Shown here: positions 55,780-64,000 of the stretch, one piece after another
How positions within the stretch are numbered: the first letter of the stretch is position 1
Layout: each line of letters begins with the position of its first letter
Assembly: GCA_038883475.1 (NCBI GenBank)
Contig: JAVZMA010000004.1
Span: 18,690-82,689 of the forward strand
Length of the DNA stretch: 64,000 bases
Source of the DNA: Candidatus Bathyarchaeia archaeon
GTDB lineage: Archaea > Thermoproteota > Bathyarchaeia > Bathyarchaeales > Bathycorpusculaceae
Direction: 5' to 3'
Program-made: the position numbers and the translations under genes
The notes under the pieces: model-generated
What the model saw: the letters and a program-made list of their open reading frames with translations, nothing else
What the model was told of the DNA's origin: nothing
The model's database searches: none

Positions 55780-58656
55780 TTGGAAAACCCTCCTAAAAAT
55801 GCTTTTGACCTTCTTGTTAAGCCTGTCCGGAGGCTTGTTGAGAAGAGGGGATTCTCTAAACCAACAGAACCACAGGAGAAAACTATACCTAAAATTCTTG
55901 AAGGAAAAAACGTTCTCCTTATTTCGCCAACAGCCACGGGCAAAACCGAAGCAGCATTTCTTCCAGTTTTAAGCATGCTCCTTCAAGAGCCTCAGGTTCC
56001 AGGCATAAAGGTTTTGTATATCACGCCTCTGCGGGCTTTAAACCGTGACATGCTTGAGAGGCTTGAGTGGTGGTGCAATAATTTAGACGTGAAGCTAGCG
56101 GTTAGACATGGCGACACCGAAACCAAAGAGCGGACGAGACAAGCTAGAAGCCCGCCGGACATTTTGATTACTACGCCGGAAACACTGCAAGCAATATTAT
56201 CTGGGTGGATAATGCGCCAGCACCTTCAAAGCGTCAAGTGGGTCATAATAGATGAAGTACATGAGATGGCTGACAGCAAACGTGGAAGTCAGCTTGCCCT
56301 AGCTTTGGAAAGGCTTAGGGCTATGATTGGACGGGACTTCCAAGTAATAGGGTTATCGGCAACAATTGGTAGCCCAGAGAAAGTGGCTCAGTTCCTCGTC
56401 GGAAACAACCGCGGCGTAGAAATTGTCCACGTTCCAGTTGCCCGAACGATGAAGTTAAAAATTGTTTTCCCAAAACCTGAAGATGAAGATTTTGGGCTGG
56501 CTGAACAACTTTACACGCATCCCGAAGTTGCAGCAAGACTGCGGATAATACGTGATTACATCAGTAAGCACAAGTCTGTGCTTTTATTCACCAACACACG
56601 AGCCGTATCAGAAGTTTTAGCAAGCAGATTCAAGGTTTGGGATATAGACTTTCCAGTCTCCATCCATCATGGTTCCCTTGCAAAACCCTCACGCATTGCA
56701 GCAGAAAGAGGATTAAAAAACGGGGAATTGAAGGGGCTTGTTTGCACCAGCAGCCTCGAGTTAGGCATAGATGTTGGCAGAATAGACCTTGTAATTCAAT
56801 ATATGAGCCCCCGCCAAGTTACAAGGCTCATTCAGCGTGTGGGCAGAAGCGGTCACAGAATTGGGCTTATAGCCGAGGGAATAATTGTCACAATGGATTC
56901 TGACGACACGCTTGAAGCCTTAGCCATAGCCAGAAAAGCCCTCAAAGAGGATTTGGAACCTGTTGAAATCCCGCCTAAGCCCTACGATGTGTTAGCACAT
57001 CAAATAGCTGGGTTACTACTCAAGAATAAGAGACTTGAATTTGGAGAAATTTTGGAAATGTTCAGAAACGCCTACCCCTACCAAGATTTAAAGATGGAAG
57101 ACGTGGAGAAAATTTTAAGGTATATGCACCAACGCTTTCCACGTTTAGCATGGGTCTCCTTCGAAGACAAAATAGTTCTGAAGCCCCGCCGAACAAAAGC
57201 TCTCTTTGAATACTATTTTGGCAACTTGTCCATGATACCTGAAGAAAAACAGTTCCTCGTTGTGGATGAATCTACAGACTCGGCAATAGGAGTTTTAGAC
57301 GAAGCCTTCATGGCTGAATACGGAAAGCCGGGAATAAAATTCATCATAAGAGGAAGCCCATGGCGCATCTTACATGTCTCCGAAGAAAAAGTCTTTGTTA
57401 AGCCAGACAAAGATCCTACAGGGGCTATACCAAGCTGGATTGGCGAGGAAATTCCAGTTCCGTTTGAAATTGCCCAAGAAGTTGGTTCAATTAGAGGGTT
57501 TGTTGAGGAACAGATGAAGAAGGGGGTTCCGCCAGAAGAAATTGCGGCTAAACTTTGTGAACGATACCCATCTGATAAGGGAACGATTTTGCGGGCGCTG
57601 GCTGAGACAGTAGAGCAGGTCAACATCGGGTTGCCTGTTCCCACAGATAATCGAATATTAGTCGAAGACTGGGAAGAGTTCGTCATAATCCACGCCAACT
57701 TCGGTTCCCTTACGAACAGAGCCTTAGCCCAGCTTTTGGGGCAGTTGCTTTCTGAAAAAATTGGTTACGGCATCGTGGTTCAACACGACCCATACCGCAT
57801 TTTCGTGCAAACCATGGGCGCCGCCACCGCCAGCCAAATTGTCGAGCTATTCAATGAAATGCGAATCATGTCCGATAAAACCGTGAGAGAAGCTTTAACG
57901 AGGGCAACCGTGAAAACAGGGCTTTTTAAAAGACGAATGATTCATGTTGCAAGGCGTTTTGGAGCCCTGCAAAAATGGGCTGACTTCAGCAACGTAAGCC
58001 TCCAGAAGCTGATTAAAAGTTTCGAGGGCACGCCAATTCACGAAGAAGCATTAAAAGAAGTTTTTACAAAAGACTTGGACTTGGAAAAACTTATTCATGT
58101 TCTCGGAAAAATTCGTGAAGGCACAATTGAAGTACAGAAAATTGAGACTGGCGGAAACGCGACACCCGTGGCGAGGGTTGGCATTGAACGGGTAAGCATG
58201 AAAACTGATTTGATTCCACCAGAAAGAATGCGCGCTGTGCTCATAGAATCCGCAAGGGCAAGGTTGCTGAATGAAACATGCAATTTCATATGCACAAACT
58301 GTTGGGAGTACATGGAAATGATGCGCGTTAAAGATTTGCCGGAAAAACCAAAATGCCCCAAATGCGGCTCTCCATCCATAGGACTTCTAAAAGTTGAGGA
58401 GGAAAAAGTTCTTCCACTTATTGAAAAGAAAGGCGAAAAGCTTACTAAAAATGAGGAAAAACTCTTCAAACAAGCCCGACAAACAGCACAATTAATAGCC
58501 AAATATGGAAAAAGCGCTGCTGTCGCCCTATGTGCAAGAAAAGTGCAACCACCAGACGTCGCCAGCGTCCTAGAAGAGGAGCATAAACTCAACGACAAGT
58601 TTTATGAACTGGTGATTGACGCTGAACGAAAAGCCCTAAGCAAAAGATTCTGGTAA
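55780..58656 (+). CDS. lhr: Lhr-type superfamily 2 DNA helicase with C-terminal zinc ribbon
   Basis: 958 aa. PTATGKTEAA (motif I), DEVH, SAT, QRVGRSGH (motif VI), and C-terminal CTNC...CPKCG. TTG start. Confidence 0.85.
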   Translation: MENPPKNAFDLLVKPVRRLVEKRGFSKPTEPQEKTIPKILEGKNVLLISPTATGKTEAAFLPVLSMLLQEPQVPGIKVLYITPLRALNRDMLERLEWWCNNLDVKLAVRHGDTETKERTRQARSPPDILITTPETLQAILSGWIMRQHLQSVKWVIIDEVHEMADSKRGSQLALALERLRAMIGRDFQVIGLSATIGSPEKVAQFLVGNNRGVEIVHVPVARTMKLKIVFPKPEDEDFGLAEQLYTHPEVAARLRIIRDYISKHKSVLLFTNTRAVSEVLASRFKVWDIDFPVSIHHGSLAKPSRIAAERGLKNGELKGLVCTSSLELGIDVGRIDLVIQYMSPRQVTRLIQRVGRSGHRIGLIAEGIIVTMDSDDTLEALAIARKALKEDLEPVEIPPKPYDVLAHQIAGLLLKNKRLEFGEILEMFRNAYPYQDLKMEDVEKILRYMHQRFPRLAWVSFEDKIVLKPRRTKALFEYYFGNLSMIPEEKQFLVVDESTDSAIGVLDEAFMAEYGKPGIKFIIRGSPWRILHVSEEKVFVKPDKDPTGAIPSWIGEEIPVPFEIAQEVGSIRGFVEEQMKKGVPPEEIAAKLCERYPSDKGTILRALAETVEQVNIGLPVPTDNRILVEDWEEFVIIHANFGSLTNRALAQLLGQLLSEKIGYGIVVQHDPYRIFVQTMGAATASQIVELFNEMRIMSDKTVREALTRATVKTGLFKRRMIHVARRFGALQKWADFSNVSLQKLIKSFEGTPIHEEALKEVFTKDLDLEKLIHVLGKIREGTIEVQKIETGGNATPVARVGIERVSMKTDLIPPERMRAVLIESARARLLNETCNFICTNCWEYMEMMRVKDLPEKPKCPKCGSPSIGLLKVEEEKVLPLIEKKGEKLTKNEEKLFKQARQTAQLIAKYGKSAAVALCARKVQPPDVASVLEEEHKLNDKFYELVIDAERKALSKRFW

Positions 58657-58767
58657 ATCTGTCATGGCACAAGATTAGTTGGGGCTAAACGCCACTCACA
58701 ACAACTTTTAAATGAGCGGGCGTCTTATTGTGCGTGAGCAACCAACCTCTAAAAGGGAGACTGAAAA

Positions 58768-59094
58768 TTGGAAATAAGCAGGAAAAAACTTCGAGAAGAA
58801 GTTCTTGAAAGAATAAAATACGTCAAAACATGCGTTTTAGCCAGAGAATTATGCCTATTGGTTCGAACAAACAGAGCCGTGCTTGAACCAAAAGACGTGC
58901 AAGAAATATGCCTCTACATATCAGGCCTTTGTAAAGAAGAAGGATGCACGGAACCCAGCGAACTCTGTCGAAAGGCAGCGGAAGCCGTTGGCTCTGGAGA
59001 TGAGGGAAAGTACCTTGACTTGTGCGCTCAAAGCTGCATGAAATGTGGAGAAGCCAGAAGACCGACGCCGAAGAAGGCCACATATGTCGCATAA
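58768..59094 (+). CDS. Cys-rich helical protein of unknown function
   Basis: 108 aa with nine Cys, including CAQSCMKC (CxxxCxxC). TTG start. Coding status rests only on ORF length and position. Confidence 0.4.
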   Translation: MEISRKKLREEVLERIKYVKTCVLARELCLLVRTNRAVLEPKDVQEICLYISGLCKEEGCTEPSELCRKAAEAVGSGDEGKYLDLCAQSCMKCGEARRPTPKKATYVA

Positions 59095-59222
59095 AACATT
59101 AGAAAAATCTTTTAAAACAGGTAAGGCATCTGGTTAAATTGTAAGAGACAAAGCCATGTTGGGAGGACTCTAACCTGTACATTGCACCTTATGTTCCAAG
59201 CCCACCGCAAGTTATTCGGCAA

Positions 59223-59651
59223 ATGCTTATTTTAGCCCAATTAAAACCAGGAGAAGTCTTCTTTGATTTAGGCGCTGGAGACGGAAGGGCAGTTATAATG
59301 GCTGCGAAAGACTTCGGCGCTAGGGCTGTCGGTGTCGAGTTGCGGGAAGACCTTGTGAAAAAGGCATTGAGTTCCGTTTACGAACAAGGATTGCAGGACA
59401 GAGTCACAATAGTGAATGGCGACATGTTCGGCGTGGACTTGTCCTCCGCTGATGTGGTTTTTCTATATTTGACAACAAGCGCCAACGAAAAAGTTAAGCC
59501 TAAACTTGAGGCTGAACTTAAGCGCGGAGTCCGCGTGGTTTCTCACGATTACGAGATTGTAGGGTGGAAACCCGTTAAAGTTGAGAATTTCTGTGAAAAC
59601 CCGACTTTGGGCTACCCGTCGCATACAATTTATCTTTACAAAAAAACCTAG
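59223..59651 (+). CDS. class I SAM-dependent methyltransferase (minimum extent; probably begins near 59175)
   Basis: DLGAGDGR motif I. The upstream in-frame sequence APYVPSPPQVIRQML looks like the family's conserved N-terminus (see findings). Confidence 0.7.
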   Translation: MLILAQLKPGEVFFDLGAGDGRAVIMAAKDFGARAVGVELREDLVKKALSSVYEQGLQDRVTIVNGDMFGVDLSSADVVFLYLTTSANEKVKPKLEAELKRGVRVVSHDYEIVGWKPVKVENFCENPTLGYPSHTIYLYKKT

Positions 59652-59741
59652 GCGTTCTTATTCACAAAACATGCTTTCAACAATAAATTTTTAAGACAAG
59701 ACATTTTCTGAAAATTTTAGAGCTAAAGAGCTGGACGGAAA

Positions 59742-60272
59742 ATGCTGTTTGTTCCTTGGCAACAAATTGCAGACTGGCGATGCAACGCCTGCGGCTTATG
59801 TTGCAGAGCCTACAGCGTCGTTCTAAACTTTCAAGAGTGGCTCAACATAATCAAAAATTACGGTGTTGAAACAACAGTTTCTGGTTTGAACAAACTGTAT
59901 ATAAAAAGGAAAAGCGACGGCTCATGCTCATTTCTTTATAAACTTTCCAACACCTACCTCTGCGGTTTGCAACACATGAAACCTACAGCATGCAAACTCT
60001 GGCCTTTCAAAGTTCTCAACAAACCAGAATATGGATACGCGAAAGAGGCTACATACGATTACAGCGGAAATAGGCTTTTTGTTTACGCGGATTCCACATG
60101 CAGCGGACTTAGATATGGCCGGCCGACATGGGAGTTCGCGACGTACACTGTGAAGGAGTTTATAGAAATTGCTCTTGGAATCCGCAGTCAACAATTAAAG
60201 TCAACAGCAGATTTGGGTATGTTTCAACCGTATGTTCAGCCAAGACGGTTTAGCTTTTACTACAGGGTTTGA
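59742..60272 (+). CDS. YkgJ-family cysteine-cluster (putative Fe-S/Zn) protein
   Basis: CNACGLCCRAY motif near the N-terminus and a second Cys group (C...C...C). 3' end overlaps the ligase 3' end by 13 nt. Confidence 0.7.
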   Translation: MLFVPWQQIADWRCNACGLCCRAYSVVLNFQEWLNIIKNYGVETTVSGLNKLYIKRKSDGSCSFLYKLSNTYLCGLQHMKPTACKLWPFKVLNKPEYGYAKEATYDYSGNRLFVYADSTCSGLRYGRPTWEFATYTVKEFIEIALGIRSQQLKSTADLGMFQPYVQPRRFSFYYRV

Positions 60273-62056
60273 GTAGGATACCTCTCGTATTGTAGTTCGT
60301 AAAGTTTCTTCAATTTTTCCATATTGTCTATTTCATTAACTGTTTTGTCTGTTCTGAACCTGACTATTTTTGGCACTCTTAAGGCGAAGCCGCTTGTGTA
60401 CTCGTCTGTCTCCTGAATCTCTTGATATGTCACTTCCACAACAACCGTGGGTTTTATGAAAACACCTTCGTCGTCCTCGCTTGTCTTCGTTTTCTCAATA
60501 ACCGTCGCCAACGCATCCATCGTTTCCTCGGGCAAGTTTGAAACTTTTCCAATTGTGTAAAGTCTCTTTTCCGTTGGGTCGCGGACGGCAAGCAGATAAG
60601 AGGAGTATAAGCCTGCTCTTTTGCCCTTTCCGTATAAGGCCTTAACTATTGTGCAGTCTATTGTGTCGCGTTCAGGCTTAAGTTTAAGCCACGTGTACGT
60701 GCGTTGCCCAATTTCGTATGGCGAGTTAAGGTTTTTCACAACTACTCCTTCAAATCTCTTTTTTAGGGCTTCATCATAAAAACGCATTAGCTCGACCTCA
60801 TCCTTGCAGTCCACACCTTCCACAATGTATTCTTGAGGAACAACTTCCAAGAGGTATCTTCGCCTTTCTGAAAGCGGCAAGTTAACCAGTTCTTGCCCGT
60901 TTAGGAAGAGGATGTCAAACGCCTTAACCGTCACCTTCACCTTCTCTCTTCTTTCCTCCAACTCTTCTGGCGTGAGTTCTCTTGGAACAGTCCGCTCAAG
61001 CAGTTTCTGGAAAGGCAATGGATTTCCAGAATCGTCTATGGCTATTACTTCGCTGTCAACTATACAACTGTGAGCCCCAAGCTTTTGGGCGATTTCCACA
61101 ACTTCTGGAAGCGTCTGAGACTTTTCCACGCCCCTTCTTGAAAAAAGCCATATCTGCGTACCCCACTTGTGAATTTGGAGCCTACTCCCGTCAAGCTTGT
61201 ACTCGGCTCTTACGGGGTAAACAACCTCATCGGGTTCATAAAGATGGGCGAGTTGGGGCTTAATAAACTGCCCAGGGCGCATTTTCACTTCGGCAAGTTT
61301 GGGTATCCCGCCAGAGGCAAGGGTTATTCCTTCTGTTAAGCCAAGGATTGCGCAAGCGTTTTCGATGAGTTCAGGCGGCACCTCGTAGGCTCTGGCAGCC
61401 GCCCTCACAACAGTATTGGCGTAATAGCCAAGTTTTAAATCTCCTAGCAGAAGCCTAACAACATATTTTGCTTCTGTTGGCGCACTTGCCCGCAGTAGGC
61501 TTGAAACGTGAAGCTCCCTCTCTCTTATTGTCTCCAGTTTGGGCAGAAGCCTAACAGACTCGTAAACTTCTTTCACTGTTAATTCTGGAGTTTTTGGCTT
61601 TTTGAGAAGGTAAACGACTTCGCCGTGTTCTCCATAGTCTATCAGCAGCCTTCTAACCTCGCTTCTCGGCGCGCCTGTTGCGAGGCTTATACTTCTTTCT
61701 ATTAGAGCAGGACCAATTTTCAGGTTTTCTTCTGTTAGTGTTCCCAAGGCGAAACGAACTTTGACTTCCAGTGGGAGTTTTGGGTTTTGGAAGAATTTGG
61801 TTAGTTCTGTTTCCTTTCCCTTTTTTCCACGCATAACAGCTAAACGCTCGTAGATTTCAGCTATTTCTGAAAAGGGCATGCCAACTCTCGGCTCTATTCC
61901 CTCAATGTAAAGCCGTATTAGATGGTAGGGCACGCCCATCTTCCACTCTATCTGTTCTGGCGTGAATCCAGTCTCAATTAGGTGAAGCACTGCCCTTTGA
62001 GGAGACCCGTACGTCTCCACAAGTTCCTTGAACGACGGCGGCTTAATTATTGACAT
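60260..62056 (-). CDS. lig: ATP-dependent DNA ligase with an approximately 59-aa N-terminal extension
   Basis: Adenylation motif I EYKLDGSR, OB domain, and the usual N-terminus (MPFSEIAEIYERL...) beginning only at residue 60. Confidence 0.9.
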   Translation of the reverse strand: MSIIKPPSFKELVETYGSPQRAVLHLIETGFTPEQIEWKMGVPYHLIRLYIEGIEPRVGMPFSEIAEIYERLAVMRGKKGKETELTKFFQNPKLPLEVKVRFALGTLTEENLKIGPALIERSISLATGAPRSEVRRLLIDYGEHGEVVYLLKKPKTPELTVKEVYESVRLLPKLETIRERELHVSSLLRASAPTEAKYVVRLLLGDLKLGYYANTVVRAAARAYEVPPELIENACAILGLTEGITLASGGIPKLAEVKMRPGQFIKPQLAHLYEPDEVVYPVRAEYKLDGSRLQIHKWGTQIWLFSRRGVEKSQTLPEVVEIAQKLGAHSCIVDSEVIAIDDSGNPLPFQKLLERTVPRELTPEELEERREKVKVTVKAFDILFLNGQELVNLPLSERRRYLLEVVPQEYIVEGVDCKDEVELMRFYDEALKKRFEGVVVKNLNSPYEIGQRTYTWLKLKPERDTIDCTIVKALYGKGKRAGLYSSYLLAVRDPTEKRLYTIGKVSNLPEETMDALATVIEKTKTSEDDEGVFIKPTVVVEVTYQEIQETDEYTSGFALRVPKIVRFRTDKTVNEIDNMEKLKKLYELQYERYPTQTL

Positions 62057-62063
62057 TTCTCGT

Positions 62064-63296
62064 CTACGCTGTTTTCGGTATAGATTCTAAGGCTTTTAGG
62101 AAACCGTCTGACGTGATGTCCACCCGTATTCTTCTCCTTTCAAAATTGCACATTCTGCAGTCTAAAACTCTCGCTATGCGCACGAACTCGCCTCTGTTTA
62201 GGGCTAAGTCAACCTGCTGGTCTTGCCAGTAAACCCTTCCATAATCAATTATTATTGTTCCGTCCAAGTTGTGGGCTAAGCCGATGCCGCCTGCCATGTC
62301 GTAGCTGTCCCAAACTTCTGAGCTTCGCTGGTTTACGTAGAGGGCTGTTATGCCGTTGATTTGGTTGTATCTGGCTAGTTCCATAACCCGATATTTTAAT
62401 GCTCCGCGGTAGGCTTCAAGAACAGTCACAGAGTCAATTAGGGCTAGTTCAATTTTTTCTTTCTCAGCCACGAAGCGATAGGTTTCCGCGAAGGTGTTCC
62501 AGTCCCGCAGTTCCGGGTAAGCCACCGTGTCAAGAACAAAGAGGTTTTGGCGGATTTTCTCCCAATCTAAACCAAGAATGTCTGCCTTCTGTTTTAGGCG
62601 GGATTGAAGGTCAAAGCGTGGAGTTGCACTTTTCCAAGTGTCTTCGGCCGTGGCGAAGAGAACATTCCTTCCAGAAGATGCAACTCTAACAGCTATTTCC
62701 TCAACTAGAATGGATTTTCCAGCGCCAGGCAAACCAGTAATTGCGAACTGCCCGCATATGGGGATGCCGCCTAGAGGTTTTCCTTCTGGCGTTAAAAAGA
62801 AGTTGTCTATAAACGTGCCAGTTGGAAATCCTATTAAGGGTTTTTTGGCTTCTGGAGCTTCATCTGGTCTGAGCACGAAGGCGCTGAGTTTTTCCTCTTT
62901 CCTCTCGATTTTGGTGGTCATTGGTTTTGTCGCCAACTCCCACTCGTCCGCGGGAGCAGTTGCACCCTTCATCGCTTCTGCAAGAGTTTTTGCCATAGTT
63001 TTCATAAGCCTCTCAACATCGGGGATAGGTGCTTCCTCTTTCTGCTGGGGTTGTGCTGGTGTTTCTGCTGCTTTAGCTGGTTTTGGAGCTTTAACTTCTT
63101 CAACAATTAATGTCCAGAACTCGCCTCTGCGCTCAACTAAACCCTTAGCCTTTAAAGACTGTAAAAGCGCGTAGGCGGAGTTCGGTCCATATTTGGGTAT
63201 GCCTAAACCTTCTGCAACATCGTTGATGGATGCCTTACACTCATGCGCTTTCAGAAATTCTATTAGGTCTTTTTCATCAACCATAACTTTTCCCAA
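62064..63296 (-). CDS. winged-helix + KaiC/RecA-superfamily ATPase
   Basis: N-terminal wHTH-like INDVAEGLGIPKYGPNSAYALLQSLKAKGLVERRGEFW, then a P/A/K/E linker, Walker A GLPGAGKS and Walker B LALIDS. Confidence 0.75.
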   Translation of the reverse strand: MGKVMVDEKDLIEFLKAHECKASINDVAEGLGIPKYGPNSAYALLQSLKAKGLVERRGEFWTLIVEEVKAPKPAKAAETPAQPQQKEEAPIPDVERLMKTMAKTLAEAMKGATAPADEWELATKPMTTKIERKEEKLSAFVLRPDEAPEAKKPLIGFPTGTFIDNFFLTPEGKPLGGIPICGQFAITGLPGAGKSILVEEIAVRVASSGRNVLFATAEDTWKSATPRFDLQSRLKQKADILGLDWEKIRQNLFVLDTVAYPELRDWNTFAETYRFVAEKEKIELALIDSVTVLEAYRGALKYRVMELARYNQINGITALYVNQRSSEVWDSYDMAGGIGLAHNLDGTIIIDYGRVYWQDQQVDLALNRGEFVRIARVLDCRMCNFERRRIRVDITSDGFLKALESIPKTA

Positions 63297-63442
63297 AGAA
63301 TAAGTGGAAAATGAAAACTATAAAGTTTCACAATTTTTACAGCTAAGTTAGAAGTTGAGAACTTTACTCTACAACAAATTAAGTTATAAGTAAGAGTTTC
63401 GAAAGGTTAAAGTTCTTGTTAGGCGTGGTCGGTGCTTAGCGC

Positions 63443-64000
63443 ATGGTTAAGGTTGAAGTCGGTTTATCAATGCTCCATTGTTTAGGCGAACCTTTCAAAA
63501 CAATGGTTAAACAAATCACTAGAGTGGAAACATCTCATATAGAAATAGTTGATGACGGATTTCATGCTTTAGACAAACGCAGAACATCCACACTAAAAAA
63601 CATCAGCCACTCATACAACATAAAATATTCCATTCACGCGCCTTTCGCAGACATAAACATTGCATCACCATCAAAACAAATATTGAAGGCTATGCTCAAA
63701 CGGCTTGAAAAATCCATTGCGTTTGCAAGCGAGTTAAATGCGTATATTTGGGTTTTTCATCCTGGGCTAAAAACTGGCATCAGCATGTTTTATCCAGAAA
63801 TGGACTGGCTACAAAACCTAAAAACTATAAGAAAACTTTCAAAAATTGCCATAGACTACGGCGTCGAAATAGCCATAGAAAATGTGCCGGAGCCGTATCC
63901 ATTCCTAATGAAGAGTGTCGAGCACTTCACAAGATTCTACCGTGAACTTGATGGAGAAATAGGCTTGGTTTTGGATGTGGGACATGCCAACATTAATGGG
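63443..64000 (+). CDS. xylose-isomerase-like TIM-barrel protein (sugar phosphate isomerase/epimerase or endonuclease IV-like), 3' end outside window
   Basis: Open frame from ATG 63443 to the window edge (not in the track). SIHAPFADINI, WVFHPG, AIEN and LDVGHANI metal-ligand pattern. Confidence 0.6.
   Translation, partial: MVKVEVGLSMLHCLGEPFKTMVKQITRVETSHIEIVDDGFHALDKRRTSTLKNISHSYNIKYSIHAPFADINIASPSKQILKAMLKRLEKSIAFASELNAYIWVFHPGLKTGISMFYPEMDWLQNLKTIRKLSKIAIDYGVEIAIENVPEPYPFLMKSVEHFTRFYRELDGEIGLVLDVGHANING

Noticed and set aside
62054-62066. Read-through of the KaiC-like TAG into the ligase, producing a fusion or Pyl-type recoding.
   Set aside because: The two ORFs are in different frames (10-nt offset between the first base of the stop and the first base of the start), so read-through cannot join them.
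62638-63174. 178-aa plus-strand ORF inside the KaiC-like gene. Similar long shadow ORFs lie at 27083-27547, 24265-24732, 57213-57698 and 58095-58598.
   Set aside because: All lie antisense or out of frame within genes that have clear motifs. Their translations are low-complexity (S/A/F/L/P rich) and have no recognisable domain.
1-64000. Looked for CRISPR arrays, transposases/integrases, IS ends, prophage genes, toxin-antitoxin pairs and known defence genes.
   Set aside because: I found no regularly spaced direct repeats and no ORF with recombinase, Cas, restriction or abortive-infection motifs. By eye I also did not find a duplicated tRNA 3' segment that would mark an integrated island next to either tRNA. 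That last check is not exhaustive.

Overview
This is a densely coded archaeal chromosomal segment. The archaeal assignment rests on TBP, TFE-alpha, RadA, aMBF1, NAC, aTrm56, ThrRS with the archaeal editing domain, and bulge-helix-bulge (BHB) tRNA introns. I cannot place the lineage from sequence alone. I call about 68 protein genes, 2 intron-containing tRNAs and 1 decayed gene fragment.

Most of the content is housekeeping:
- Two tungsten-type aldehyde:ferredoxin oxidoreductases, a porGDAB pyruvate:ferredoxin oxidoreductase operon, two-subunit class I fumarate hydratase and GTP-PEPCK.
- A tdh-kbl threonine-to-glycine pair, proC, an ornithine cyclodeaminase-like gene and ilvE.
- proS, thrS, pyrE and apgM.
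- Information-processing genes: hflX, trm56, tfe, tbp, an NFACT/Rqc2 homologue, radA, lhr and an ATP-dependent DNA ligase.

I saw no rRNA, CRISPR array, transposase, integrase or recognisable defence genes.

The parts not explained by routine annotation are:
1. A five-repeat, sequon-rich surface protein with a pilin-like class III signal peptide, followed by a decayed paralogue fragment.
2. An A+T-rich sugar-modification cluster next to tRNA-Val, containing an ATP-grasp/DUF354 pair.
3. A wHTH-KaiC/RecA-like ATPase translationally coupled to a DNA ligase that carries an N-terminal extension. It sits in a repair-flavoured neighbourhood (Lhr, TIM-barrel nuclease/isomerase fold).
4. Two tRNAs with non-canonical BHB introns, one at the D/anticodon-arm junction and one in the T-loop.
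5. Two genes (hflX and a methyltransferase) whose conserved N-termini lie upstream of any ATG/GTG/TTG.
6. A tandem pair of small zinc-ribbon genes, one below the ORF-track size cut-off.
7. A 69-nt nested hairpin between tdh and kbl.

All functional calls come from motifs and family recall. No database search was run, and none of the candidate novel systems is proven.
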